Source of the DNA: Paramoeba atlantica
Taxonomy: Eukaryota > Protista > Discosea
DNA length: 64,000 nt
Direction: 5' to 3'
Assembly (NCBI GenBank): GCA_977017575.1
Contig: CDRNVI010000043.1
Span: 248,001-312,000, forward strand
Under the pieces are notes generated by a model that made no database searches, had not been told where the DNA came from, and saw only the letters and a list, made by a program, of their open reading frames with translations. Made by a program: the position numbers and the translations under genes. Shown piece after piece: positions 37,983 to 48,916 of this stretch; position 1 is the first letter of the stretch; every line of letters starts with the position of its first letter.

Positions 37983-39542
37983 TTAACACGGAGCTACCCT
38001 TCCCTCGGGAAGAATCTGAAATCTTTTTGCTGCAATGCTTTTGCGACCAGACTTTTGTGTGCGTTTGGAGATCTCCTTAGTCATAGAGCACATCATATTT
38101 AACCGCTCAGTGTACGATTGTACCAAGGAAATTTGTTGAGCATATTCTCCAAGAACAACGCGAAGCGGTGATAAAGAGCTGTACATCTGGGGCAGCTTCT
38201 TTATTGTTGCACCGTGGTATCGAAGAATATGACGAATCCATATCAATAGCCGAGTAATCGCATCCGGGGACACATCCGCGCGCAGAAACTCCATAGCACA
38301 CTCGCGTAAGAATACAGAGGCATGAATAGAGGCAATGCTTCTCACAGTATCCTCAATTTGCGAGCTGTCAAAGTCGTACACAATTTTGCGCAACGTTGTG
38401 GTATCGGCGGCGCGTAAGGCATGTGTGATTAGCAGTGTTATGGACGTTGTGTGTAGGCTTGAGGAATCTGTATTCACCAAAGCTTGAGTCAAATCTAATC
38501 CGTACTTGTTCGGTTTCGGTATTCCGGAAGATAAAGTTTCTGTCGATTGCTGTATAAAGCGAATTTCTTTGCCAGGCATGTTTGCTATTGCATTAGAGAG
38601 CTCGTGGTCTTTGTCGCACCTTTTACAGGAATCGATAAAATGAAAAGATGGCGTAGCTTTGTCAATAGTTACTAGAAACACTTTTCCTTCGTCGATCCAT
38701 GTCGCACGTGTGATATTCGTCAGATTCGGAATTCGCATATAAGGGGTAAGTTCTACTGAATTAACAAGTTCCCAGATGTTCGCACTCCCATCAACGTGCA
38801 CGGAAAGAATGCGATTAGTGAAAACTTGTACGTCTTTAACAACACTCTCTGCAGCGATAGCTGACCTGCACGCTGCCCCTGAATCGTTTCCTTCGGGTCC
38901 TTGCATTACGTTCCACAACATAAGAGTAGGAATTCGGGAATCACAAGTGAGCAAATTTCCATCTTTTAAAAACGTCATAGCACTCGGGGCGGCCGTGTGT
39001 CCCGCGAAGGACTGTTGCTGCTTAAGAGTAACAAAACCATCCTCGGGTGTGGGTTCCCATAGGGTAACAGTTTGTGATGTGCTGATAGCCAGTTGACTTC
39101 CTGCTTCACTGCAACATAGTTTTTCCATTTCTTGCCGGTCTGGAGTTCGAAGTAGAAAGGACAAAGTCATGTGCTGGACATCTAATGAATATACAGCATG
39201 GGCGCAGAGACATACGCAGCGCGCTGATTTACCTATTGGTGCTATGGCGCGTATTTGTTGCGAAGAATTCGCATGCTTTGCTCTAAGTTGTGTTTGTAGA
39301 GTTCCTCGAAGTTCCTGTTGCTTTACATTCCATACCCGTAGTTCCCCAATATTAGTACCGAACGAAAGAAAAGCATCGTTTACCCAACAAAGTGCAGTAA
39401 TTACGCTCTTTTCTTTTGAGGATCGATTCGATTTTTCGCACTTTACGATATCGCATCCTGTATTTTGTGGTGACCAAAGTTCAATCTCTGTGCCGCGAGA
39501 ACGACAAAGGGCCAAATGTGTGGTGGATAATTCGGATAGCAT
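37983..39542 (-). CDS. UTP5: WD40 protein WDR43/Utp5
   Basis: N-terminal WD repeats; C-terminal Utp12-type domain (SITLLITHAL..D...IEDTVRSI...LLIWIRHILRYHG...LNMM). Confidence 0.8.
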   Translation of the reverse strand: MLSELSTTHLALCRSRGTEIELWSPQNTGCDIVKCEKSNRSSKEKSVITALCWVNDAFLSFGTNIGELRVWNVKQQELRGTLQTQLRAKHANSSQQIRAIAPIGKSARCVCLCAHAVYSLDVQHMTLSFLLRTPDRQEMEKLCCSEAGSQLAISTSQTVTLWEPTPEDGFVTLKQQQSFAGHTAAPSAMTFLKDGNLLTCDSRIPTLMLWNVMQGPEGNDSGAACRSAIAAESVVKDVQVFTNRILSVHVDGSANIWELVNSVELTPYMRIPNLTNITRATWIDEGKVFLVTIDKATPSFHFIDSCKRCDKDHELSNAIANMPGKEIRFIQQSTETLSSGIPKPNKYGLDLTQALVNTDSSSLHTTSITLLITHALRAADTTTLRKIVYDFDSSQIEDTVRSIASIHASVFLRECAMEFLRADVSPDAITRLLIWIRHILRYHGATIKKLPQMYSSLSPLRVVLGEYAQQISLVQSYTERLNMMCSMTKEISKRTQKSGRKSIAAKRFQILPEGRVAPC

Positions 39543-39716
39543 CTCAGAAATAAGACACTAGAAAAAGGGTACAAGGAAAAGTAATAAATGGCACACGTTT
39601 TTATATCAGTTTCCCAATGTTTCATACACTTATTTCGTGAAAGTATTACAAAAATCGAAGAAATATAATTGGGCATCAACCATGAATTAGGTCAGATATA
39701 CACAAGATATATCAAT

Positions 39717-41270
39717 TCAATAAATTTGAGTAGTAGTTGTTGTAAAGTTTCCATCAGTTGACACCGTTCCCTCACGACTTGTAAACACCCAACCACGTTC
39801 ATCGACAAGTTCCGTCATGAGCCCCGCGTGATTGTAGAAGAAAGAGGTGATATGGGGTCCTCGAAGTCTTAGGTTTCCCCTGGTATTGCGAACAAGAATC
39901 TTGGCATCGACAGTGCCTCTATCGCCCACTACTTTAATCTGAGCATGTGACACGAGTGAACAACTCCTTGCAAGGCTTCGCCATGACAGTAGACCACAAC
40001 TTTCTGTTGTTCCACGAAATACGTAAATCTCAGAGGCACCGAATGCTACTTTTGCGTTTGAAAGAGTCTGAACATCTGTGTATGGCTCAGATGCAGATTC
40101 CATGATTGCCACCCAGTCTACGTTCCTTTCACCCGTATCAAGTTTTTCGACGTATGTTTTCAATATATTCAAATCACAAAGTCGCATCAAAACACCATTA
40201 ATCCTCTTTTCCTTCAGAGACTCCATCCATCTTTTCCACTGCTCCGCGTTACTTGGAAGATGTGTATCGGAGTACACCAGCGTTGCTCCAGAGCATAAAC
40301 TGGCAAAGTGGGCTAAGATTGGTCCAATGTGATCTGTTTCTCTGGATGGAAAAATTGTGAAACGTTTCCCATGGGTTAAATTCACTATGCTCGAGAAACA
40401 TTGCCCGGAATTCATGCAGTTTCGATGAGTGTATACCACACAAACTTTATCCTCCAATGCGGGGTTGGGATCATTCAAAATCAAAATAGGATCATCAGGG
40501 TGAGACAGCAAACTGTGCCTTCTCAATCTATGTTCTCTGTATGAGAATGGTCCCCAGAGTGGTAGCGGTGTCGTGGAATTGGACGCCGAAGGAATTGTTT
40601 TTGCATCATTTAGGGTATCTATAAAGATGCATTGCTGTAAATATGGAAATTCTCTCGATTGAATCCACTGCATAGTTTGTCCCGGATAGGAATAGCCCAG
40701 CTCTGGTAAGACTTCGTACAAAATATCACGAAAAGATATGGATCGGTAGGTTGTTTCCTTGCCCTTATTCTCCGAAATTGAGTACGTTTCACACGCAACA
40801 AGGAATCGGGGCTGAAACTGGTTGAGGGCCAAACGTATTTTATCCGCTGTGACCCATCGTTCAGGAAGTAGCGCAAGAATGGCTCCGACCTTTGAAACTG
40901 CCAATTGCAATAAAAACATTTCACTTCGCATTGGAAGAAAGGCAACAACCAAATCTGCTGGACGCATTCCTTGTGAAATAAGTCCTTCGGCAAACGCATC
41001 AGAAAACATTTGCACCTCCTCGTACGTTAATTGGTTTTGGCAGCTCTGGGAAGGCATCTCCAGTGCAACATCTGCGTGACGCTGTCTTCGTAACAAGCGG
41101 GTGTAGTGACTTATAACCTGATCATTAATGTTGATATCTTGCGGACCAGCGAGTTCGCTATATACAGGGTTTAGTCTTGAATTTCCCATACACAAGGAAG
41201 TTTTCCCCCCACGGGGCTGTTGCAGCCTTGACCGAGAAGAAAAAAGAAGCAGTCTTCGAACCGCTCTCAT
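39717..41270 (-). CDS. AMP-binding (acyl-CoA synthetase-like) protein, probably inactive, with mitochondrial presequence
   Basis: MRAVRRLLLFSSRSR; LTYEEV..SDAFAEGLISQGMRPAD; LQLAVSKVGAIL; GTTESCG; GNLRLRGPHITSFFYN. The P-loop is degenerate and the C-terminal subdomain is missing. The upstream ORF extension to 41513 is MITE-derived. Confidence 0.8.
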   Translation of the reverse strand: MRAVRRLLLFSSRSRLQQPRGGKTSLCMGNSRLNPVYSELAGPQDININDQVISHYTRLLRRQRHADVALEMPSQSCQNQLTYEEVQMFSDAFAEGLISQGMRPADLVVAFLPMRSEMFLLQLAVSKVGAILALLPERWVTADKIRLALNQFQPRFLVACETYSISENKGKETTYRSISFRDILYEVLPELGYSYPGQTMQWIQSREFPYLQQCIFIDTLNDAKTIPSASNSTTPLPLWGPFSYREHRLRRHSLLSHPDDPILILNDPNPALEDKVCVVYTHRNCMNSGQCFSSIVNLTHGKRFTIFPSRETDHIGPILAHFASLCSGATLVYSDTHLPSNAEQWKRWMESLKEKRINGVLMRLCDLNILKTYVEKLDTGERNVDWVAIMESASEPYTDVQTLSNAKVAFGASEIYVFRGTTESCGLLSWRSLARSCSLVSHAQIKVVGDRGTVDAKILVRNTRGNLRLRGPHITSFFYNHAGLMTELVDERGWVFTSREGTVSTDGNFTTTTTQIY

Positions 41271-41349
41271 GTGCGCAAATTGTACAATTTTTATGCCATG
41301 TACTTCGAAACCAAGAAGGGGGTTAATTGTTCTACAAATACAAATAGTA

Positions 41350-41687
41350 CCGTATACCCCCCCCAGTAAGGTACCCCCCCAAGAGAGATTTGGCCCTTTT
41401 TGGGCTGACCCCCCAGTAAGAGAGATTTGGCTCGGGAGCCCCACAGGAGGCGTATAGGGGGTAGAGGGTAGGGGGTGGGTGTCTGCATGTTGGGGGACTC
41501 GGGGGTAACCCAAAGAAGCGTTTTAAGTTAATACGTGTTAAATTAACACGTTTTCACAAGAAAAAATAGAAAAAATAGTCAAAAAAGTTGGGAGAAAAGA
41601 GGAAACTGGCGAAAAAAGCATACCCCCCCAGTAAGAGAGATTTGGCCATTTCGATCCAAAACCCATTCTCTTACTGGGGGTATACGG
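41350..41687. mobile_element. 338-bp pogo-type MITE
   Basis: TA|CCGTATA-C8-AGTAAG ... CTTACT-G5-TATACGG|TA; internal direct copies of CCCCCAGTAAGAGAGATTTGGC (~41409, ~41622) and a partial copy at ~41374. Confidence 0.92.
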
Positions 41688-42043
41688 TATTAGCTACGTA
41701 AAAGTTTTCAAGGTAGTCAAACGAAGGTCCTATGCCGGATATGCACAAAACGACTAACCCGATTAAAAACTGCACATATACAACGAAAAAGTAATAGTAA
41801 GATCATCATACGCATGTCTTACAGGGGCATCCCGATTTTATACTGTATGTATCGCACCTTCAGATGCACATTGTATTCCTATGGAGAACATAGGGAAGTA
41901 TTCTACTTTTCAGCTAAGAGTCCTACAAATCGTCTCGTAATTGCCAGCGCGTGACAAAGTAATCAATAGTTCCGGTACCATGTACTCTTTAAAAATATAT
42001 ATACAGATATACGCAGTTGAAAACGAAGAATAATGTTTGACTG

Positions 42044-44722
42044 CTATTCCACCAAACGTCCTTCTTGTTCTAGCTCTTTTAAAACATCTTCAAACGGAAC
42101 TGCAGTGTGATCAATATCAGGTACTGAACCGATTAGTTTTCTAGTAGAACTGTGTATCGAGTCTTGTGCATCTGGAACTGGACCTGAAGGAGCCGACGAG
42201 TCAACTGGCTCGTCAACAAGTCGTATGAGCGTCTCTGGCTTGGCATTTTTTGAATACTTACCATGACAGCATCGGCTAGAAGGAATTCTACCCCACGGAT
42301 GCGCCCGAATCGTTCTATAATTAGGATGTCGAGCTTTAAACAAGAGCTTTCGCCACATGAGATCTTTATAACGTAACGGAGGTCTCACGCCGAATTCCAT
42401 ACTGTTGTGAGCACGAACACGAAGTACCACGTCAGCACTGGGAGAGTAAAATGTAATCCACCCTAATCCATTGAAATATATGTCAGCTTTCGGATAGTTA
42501 ATGTTGTCGTCACATTCAAACAAAAACTTTTTTGTCTTTTTTAAGCCTTCCCGTACTGCATTAGGGTCATAAGGGGGCTTAAGTAGTGTTCCCGTATGCT
42601 GTCGCCACGTGTCTTCAGCCAGTTCTGTCTCAATTCGAAGGTGGGACACATCACGCGAGCAATAAACACCTGCAAGTAAACCATGATGACTGCACCTTAT
42701 CACATCTATGGCCACTAACCCACTCAAAAACAGTGTAAATTCCTGTGCAAGCTTATAGTACGTTGGTTTGAGTCGCTTTCGAGAGGGGACCTGCATTGAA
42801 CACTGTGCTTGCTCGCGAAGGTTCAGTACTGTTCGATGTTGCCAGCGCGGGATTACCCCAGGCGTGTCATATAGTGTGACATTCGCCGTCTTTGCAGCTA
42901 GGGGGATACCGACCATTCGTATCGTTGTACCGGGTATAGGGGACGTTGTGACTACTTTGGGTATTCGCATACGATTCGTGCCAAGAGGAATCCGCGGCAT
43001 GTCCGCCGGGGAGGCATGAGGAGGAATTTTCCATTTCGCCTCAAGTCGTGTCGTTCCGTCCACTTGAGCACGAAGGGAGTACTCCTTTGTGGCTCCTGGG
43101 TGGGGTGGCTGGGGAGCCGCATAGTAGCGCATGAGTGCATTCATCACGGAGGACTTGCCCACATTCGTGCAACCGACCAGGTAGGCATTGGTAGGTGCTC
43201 CCGGCAAGGAGCGAGTTATGTTTGTCAGCTGATCGATGCGATTTGCAAGTTGCTCCATATACCATCCATGCCGCGCGGATACAACCATAATGTCTTTTAA
43301 ATGTTTGGGCTGTACACGTAGGGGTCGGAGTTGGTCGTAGATCCATGCCCGGTAGTAGGAGTGACTCTGTGCTACTTTGCGGTATAGTTCCTGAGAGGTT
43401 TCCATCGGTGTTCGTTGAATGAGATCCAGTTTGTTCGCCACAAGAAGAATAGGATTATTCATACTGATTAAGCTAGGGAGGTCCTGAATTAACGTACCAT
43501 TGAAATTCGATAAGTCCGTAACAAGAACTATAAGACCCTTTTCGTCTCGAAGAGCGCTGAGCTGTTCTCGAAAGTCTTGAGCGGACATTATAGTGTCTTC
43601 TGTTGATGTGCGGTAATTCTTCAGGGCTCGACATCGTGAGCATACAACCGGATATAATTTACTAAAATGCATAGAACGAAATTCTTGATCAGTCATAAAG
43701 TCCAACCACTCTTCTCCATATTGCTTTCCGTTCTCGGCCCAGTGGCAGAGTAAGCGATACCTGCGTTCAGCATATTCTGTGCGGTCTTTCATTGTCATGC
43801 TGTACTTTGTGAGCCAGTCGTGTATATGGCGATGCGTAAGGTACCCGAATTCTTGTTCATTTTCGGATTGAAAAGCGGCACCACATCCAGGACAGGCGTC
43901 TACACCTATGGTAGGTATTTCAAAATGCGGTGTTGAAAAAGTAAGCACACTGCTTTTTTCTGCCTGTTGCTTTTCCATTTCACTGGCTGCCGCGTAATCG
44001 ATTCTTTGGCGCCCACCCCAAACAGAAAACCAGGATTCAAATTTACATTTAGCAGCTTGCAATTTGTTTGCTCTGGCGAACTCGTCATCGTCCAGCGTTG
44101 TCATTAAAACACCCTTCTCAAACTTGGATTCTAGGCTCTCCGCGTTTTTAGGCGTCGCGGGATCACGATTCACGCAAAGATGCATGATTTTATTGTACAA
44201 GGAGTTTAAGTGTTTATTTAACGGTTGAAGAGCGTCCCGCTGCTCGTCCTTCATAAGATAGTACTCAAGACCTTCAGGTATGATCTGGCGCTTTGATGGT
44301 ACAGAAGTGGCTTCAGGAAGAAGGGTGTGTGGTGATTTTTCTGCGAATGCTTGTAATTTCGATGACGCCCATTCTTGCACGGAAAGGGAGTCTGAGGCAT
44401 CGCTAGATGGCCTGAGATCGTGTGTTGATTGCGATTGCATCGTATTTGAAGTGATCTCCTCGGGTATCCTTTGCTCCACTGGAGTTGAAGAAATGAGCGG
44501 AAGACTCTCTTGCGCGGATACCTGCCCCATATACAAGCTCACTGGAGTTGAACTGCTAGTTTTACGCTTAGAAAATGGGGTGGATGCGGTATTCATCCCT
44601 TTCTCCGCAATTGTTGCTGTGGTTACCATAGTGACTGCACGGGAAGAACGTTTGGAGCGAGGCTTTTTCGTAAAAGATGAGACATACTTACCAAGCTGTG
44701 TATGTCGCGACAGAAACATCAA
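42044..44722 (-). CDS. NOA1: NOA1/YqeH circularly permuted GTPase (mitoribosome assembly)
   Basis: CPGCGAAFQS..GY, CSRC, NKLD (G4), VSAR (G5), GCTNVGKSS (G1), TT.PGTT (G2), DTPG (G3). Confidence 0.9.
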   Translation of the reverse strand: MMFLSRHTQLGKYVSSFTKKPRSKRSSRAVTMVTTATIAEKGMNTASTPFSKRKTSSSTPVSLYMGQVSAQESLPLISSTPVEQRIPEEITSNTMQSQSTHDLRPSSDASDSLSVQEWASSKLQAFAEKSPHTLLPEATSVPSKRQIIPEGLEYYLMKDEQRDALQPLNKHLNSLYNKIMHLCVNRDPATPKNAESLESKFEKGVLMTTLDDDEFARANKLQAAKCKFESWFSVWGGRQRIDYAAASEMEKQQAEKSSVLTFSTPHFEIPTIGVDACPGCGAAFQSENEQEFGYLTHRHIHDWLTKYSMTMKDRTEYAERRYRLLCHWAENGKQYGEEWLDFMTDQEFRSMHFSKLYPVVCSRCRALKNYRTSTEDTIMSAQDFREQLSALRDEKGLIVLVTDLSNFNGTLIQDLPSLISMNNPILLVANKLDLIQRTPMETSQELYRKVAQSHSYYRAWIYDQLRPLRVQPKHLKDIMVVSARHGWYMEQLANRIDQLTNITRSLPGAPTNAYLVGCTNVGKSSVMNALMRYYAAPQPPHPGATKEYSLRAQVDGTTRLEAKWKIPPHASPADMPRIPLGTNRMRIPKVVTTSPIPGTTIRMVGIPLAAKTANVTLYDTPGVIPRWQHRTVLNLREQAQCSMQVPSRKRLKPTYYKLAQEFTLFLSGLVAIDVIRCSHHGLLAGVYCSRDVSHLRIETELAEDTWRQHTGTLLKPPYDPNAVREGLKKTKKFLFECDDNINYPKADIYFNGLGWITFYSPSADVVLRVRAHNSMEFGVRPPLRYKDLMWRKLLFKARHPNYRTIRAHPWGRIPSSRCCHGKYSKNAKPETLIRLVDEPVDSSAPSGPVPDAQDSIHSSTRKLIGSVPDIDHTAVPFEDVLKELEQEGRLVE

Positions 44723-45127
44723 ACAAAAAGAAGAATGGCACTCCTCTACTCAGTGATAGAATCTTATTAGCTACATGAAGAAATAATTTCAGCGACGCAA
44801 TTAATTAATTAAGGCAATGATATAAATTAAGTCAATGATAGGTAAAAAAAACTTTGATATACAAATGCCACGAACGAAGCATCTTTATCGTACTGTAGAA
44901 CTTAATTTGTTTTTAACTTTTAAGATTATGACTAGTCATCTCTGAAAATTAAGATAACGATTTATGTACATACACCGCGTATGTATAAATAAAATATGAA
45001 TTACAGAGAAGTATTTATTGCATAGATAAAAAAAGGAGGATACCCAAACATAGAACCGGGATAAAAACATGAGTTACCGCTTCTGGCATGCCCATTACTA
45101 AAGCTGATACGAGTATTAAGAACACAG

Positions 45128-46411
45128 TTATGTTACGGAAACAAAGCCGGAAACAATACTCAGCACGCCACATACTATCCCCATGCTTATCACAATGTAG
45201 TTCAGTATTTTCGTTGATTTTGAGAGCTTGTTACTAAAAATACAAGTGTGGAATAGGGAAGGCAGTATGAATGCTGTGGAGGCGGTTAAACCACCTCCAA
45301 TAGAACTTACAGGTCCGAACCCATGTGTGGCGAATGTAGCGCACACACCACTTGAGATCACTATGATCCATCTTACCAATGTCGTCACGTGGCGATACGT
45401 GCATATACGTGAGTACAAAGCAGATATTCCACGTTTCCGTCCAGGAATAGAATCTACAGGCTTTGCAGGCTCAAAAACGTGGAACACGGGGTACATAACT
45501 AGAGGATATCCGCAAACCAACATAAGACTCACGCACATGCGCAGAACGCTAAGGACCGGGTTGTCATCAGGAAGGTTGAGAAAGAGCACCGCATTTGTGG
45601 ATTCTCCGAATGCAGCGTAGACTAAAAAACTAAAGCCAACGAAAGACACGAAAGCAAGTAAGAAAGCCGACACTGCGGCAAATGCGTACCGCTTGCGAAC
45701 ATTCAAGGGCGTGTCTTGAATGAGCTCCAACGTTTCGACGTGTGCAGCGAACGCGAAAACCAGAATTCCGAATGCCTCAAAGGCACCTGTGAAAGTGGTA
45801 TAAGGAGAGATGCGATCAAACAAAACTCCATGTATCCGAAGCGCGTGGTACAAAACAGCACCTATGCCACTAAAGAAAGCAATATTTCCAAGAGCAGAAG
45901 TAAGGCTTAAATGCTTTGTTGACTTTGGCACACAGAGAAACATCTCTATCAGGGTAATTATTATCACCATAACCCTGTGGTCCCATTGAGGTGCAATGAT
46001 GGGGGTGGAGTTTTCGGCAATGAATATAATGTACGTGACGCATGCAATCCATTGACAAGGAACAATGCAAAGAAAAGCAACGAGAGGTCCGGAAACTGAA
46101 TTTTGAAACGATCGTCGCGCAAGCTCAACGTACCCAATGTGTGTGGTGTTGTTTAATGTTGAGGTTGTGTCGTACGTTGTGTTGCTAACTTCGCTGAGAT
46201 GAGCTCTTTTTTCTATCTCCTCATCTGATACCTTTAGGGCACAGGCACATACTTGCAGCACTGCACGTACGGTGCAAAGCCATACGATTGTGACAAGAAG
46301 AAGACCTACGGCCCATCCAGCCCGCATGAAACAGTATGGCATAGCAAGAACTCCGGTTCCTGACACCGACTTAAAAATGCTCAAGAAAAGTCCAAATACA
46401 GAACCTTTCAT
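45128..46411 (-). CDS. Amino acid permease (Aa_trans/AAAP family)
   Basis: FKSVSGTGVLAMPYCF..AGW, GYVELAR, FGILVFAFAAH, YAAFG, GYPLVMYP, FILPSLFH; ~11 TMs. Confidence 0.93.
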   Translation of the reverse strand: MKGSVFGLFLSIFKSVSGTGVLAMPYCFMRAGWAVGLLLVTIVWLCTVRAVLQVCACALKVSDEEIEKRAHLSEVSNTTYDTTSTLNNTTHIGYVELARRSFQNSVSGPLVAFLCIVPCQWIACVTYIIFIAENSTPIIAPQWDHRVMVIIITLIEMFLCVPKSTKHLSLTSALGNIAFFSGIGAVLYHALRIHGVLFDRISPYTTFTGAFEAFGILVFAFAAHVETLELIQDTPLNVRKRYAFAAVSAFLLAFVSFVGFSFLVYAAFGESTNAVLFLNLPDDNPVLSVLRMCVSLMLVCGYPLVMYPVFHVFEPAKPVDSIPGRKRGISALYSRICTYRHVTTLVRWIIVISSGVCATFATHGFGPVSSIGGGLTASTAFILPSLFHTCIFSNKLSKSTKILNYIVISMGIVCGVLSIVSGFVSVT

Positions 46412-46776
46412 TGGGGAAATTTAACTACAGTAAAAAAATGTATTGTTCCTATCAATATTTTCGTAACCACTTTGAGATGTGAGAAAAAGGTGAAAAAAAT
46501 GAGCTGACCCTTTTAATAATCCCTTTGTACTTGACCCGTGCTACAACTTCGTAGGATTAATCATCTACCGTATACGTTGCGTTATTCTAGTGACATGGCC
46601 CGAAATTACAAATACAACACAGCATGTCAACTTCAGTGAGTTGTTCTAGGAAAACAGATCTTTTTGAAAAGAGTATTTGTAGTAATAGAGAGATAGTCGA
46701 GTTCTTATAAATGAAATACGATAACGCAAAAGCTAATGAAATGTTTTTTGACCTGAGAAGGAATTTTCAATATTAG

Positions 46777-48447
46777 TCATACCTGCAAGCCAATACTTTC
46801 TATGCTGATTTTGGGAAGTACATCGTGCACTTCTTGGGCTATGCCCAGTAGATATTTGTCCATGACAACAGGAGGTAGATTTCCCACGTGCTGAAGTTTT
46901 TGAAAGGCTTCCGTGGGTGTGAAATAACCTATCCAAAGTAGAAGAGGCACCACGATGGTAGGAACGCTAATGTGAGGACATTCCTCGTGTGACAAAAGCT
47001 TATAAGCACGAACAAGAAGCCGAGTCACTGAAACAGTTCCTTGCTGAAGAATTATACAAAGGGCGTGAAGACTTCGCGAAAATAAGGAGAAAGAACGTAC
47101 CGCGGGCAAAGTTAAGCAGCGCCTACCGGAGGCATTTACCACTCTGAGCAAAGTAGAGCATTTTCTGTTGTGAGAAATTGAAGTTGACAACGTACGTATT
47201 GTCCATGCGGACTGTAGCGTATTCTCCCCGCACGCGATAATATCTTCGTAGACAGTGGCAATCAGTACGTCGACCAACATTGCACTGCGTGCTTGAAGAA
47301 TGCTTTTAGTGCTATTTCCAAAATCAAAGTAAATATCCCAAACCTTCTTTTGCTGTAGTAAAGAGAGAATAATATTCTCTTCTTCGTTTGTCCACACAAT
47401 CTGCAAGGACAGAGGATGCAGAACGCTTCCTGGTTTGTAACCTTCCGACTTTCGACAGGGCATCACAACATTCAAATATTTGGAGAAATGATGCTTTTCA
47501 TCAAAGTCCTTACTGGAAAGAAGCTCAACCATATCATCCTTCTTTGGCTTAGAATGAGCTTGTAAATTTGAAGACCGAGGCCCAATCTCTTCATTCGTTC
47601 CTTTGCCAGTAGAAGAGAGTATGTCCACATTTCCTCGCCATAATATCTCATCTTCGGCTGCTGGAAGGATTGAAGTTAAGGGGTCACATTCAGGAATTTG
47701 GGATGTTAATAAATTTACAACACTCTTTAAGTGTTTCGAGACATCATACTCGGTATCTTCGAGAATCGGCAAAGAATGCGACAAGAATTCACGTGATGGA
47801 CATGTATCCGGTTGTTGGTGCAGTATGTACCATGGAATATACTCTTTAATAGCTCTATGTATTTCAGAAGTACCGTCATTATCACAACCCCCCAATTCAT
47901 CACACCAGAAATGTTCAGTCGAAAAAGAAGCATCTTCCTCTTTTCTGCAAATTTCCTCTATTTTTGTTTCAGAGTCAATAATACTGTTACCACTAGCTTG
48001 ATCATTGCGAGCATGTGGTAGGAGCTCCATTCCGTTATCGAACCCGTAACGAGTAATTTCATCTGTTTCGATATTATTTACTGAATGTGCACCTTGTTTA
48101 CATGATTTTATAGTATCATAAAGGCTATTTCCGAGAGAAGCACACCCAAACGAGTCTGCTTCCTTTTCGATAACACGATAAGTCACTCCAGACTGGGATT
48201 TAGCAACGCGCACCACCACAGTTGCTCTATTTATGTTATACCACGCAAGCTCTCCAGCGCCTTCTAGCAATTCACCCCCGCTAAATATAAGATGGAGTGC
48301 ACGAGACCCCCATCCAAAAACAAACTCATTATCTGCTATTTCGAATTGTGGATCCGAAAACTCCATGCCAACCTGAATGTACAAGTAAACGTACGTATCT
48401 GTCTGTGAACACCACCAAAGCTGCGCTTTTTGATTTCCAAAACTCAT
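46777..48447 (-). CDS. SHQ1: H/ACA snoRNP assembly factor SHQ1
   Basis: N-terminal CS domain, YGFDN, FSTEHFWCD, LVDVLIATVYE..GENTLQSAWTIRTLS, GRRCLTLPAVR. Confidence 0.88.
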   Translation of the reverse strand: MSFGNQKAQLWWCSQTDTYVYLYIQVGMEFSDPQFEIADNEFVFGWGSRALHLIFSGGELLEGAGELAWYNINRATVVVRVAKSQSGVTYRVIEKEADSFGCASLGNSLYDTIKSCKQGAHSVNNIETDEITRYGFDNGMELLPHARNDQASGNSIIDSETKIEEICRKEEDASFSTEHFWCDELGGCDNDGTSEIHRAIKEYIPWYILHQQPDTCPSREFLSHSLPILEDTEYDVSKHLKSVVNLLTSQIPECDPLTSILPAAEDEILWRGNVDILSSTGKGTNEEIGPRSSNLQAHSKPKKDDMVELLSSKDFDEKHHFSKYLNVVMPCRKSEGYKPGSVLHPLSLQIVWTNEEENIILSLLQQKKVWDIYFDFGNSTKSILQARSAMLVDVLIATVYEDIIACGENTLQSAWTIRTLSTSISHNRKCSTLLRVVNASGRRCLTLPAVRSFSLFSRSLHALCIILQQGTVSVTRLLVRAYKLLSHEECPHISVPTIVVPLLLWIGYFTPTEAFQKLQHVGNLPPVVMDKYLLGIAQEVHDVLPKISIESIGLQV

Positions 48448-48916
48448 TGATTTTTTCGAGGTGAGATTAAAATTTGTGTTTCAATCACGCAAAGTTGGTT
48501 CACGCCTATTCCAAGACTGGTTGAAAAAGCTGGCGCAGCAGTGAAGTTACGTCATTCTAATAGAATCAAGATGTAGCATTCTAGGATCAACATGAAAGTA
48601 TGCGTGCACGGACACACATAATAATAAAACTTAATCGTATTCTTTGAATGGTCGCGTATTATTCCACATATACTAACATGTACTCTTTGCTTTTGCACAA
48701 CAATCAGTCTTGTAATAAAGAACGTTCGACTAAAAAGTATTATAAATCATGTGGTGGTGCAGCGGATAGACGTGTACGCCTGACACACGCGTATGGAACA
48801 CATGACGTATTGTTCAACTGAACGTTCGTGCAAGCAAACGTGCATATGCAGTATACTACTCACAGAATCTCAAAAATCTACGACACGAAAAGGTATGTTT
48901 TCTATAATAATTTCAC

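Noticed and set aside
41271-41513. 81-aa N-terminal extension of the ACS-like ORF
   Set aside because: Mostly read through MITE sequence; presequence-like MRAVRRLL begins at 41270
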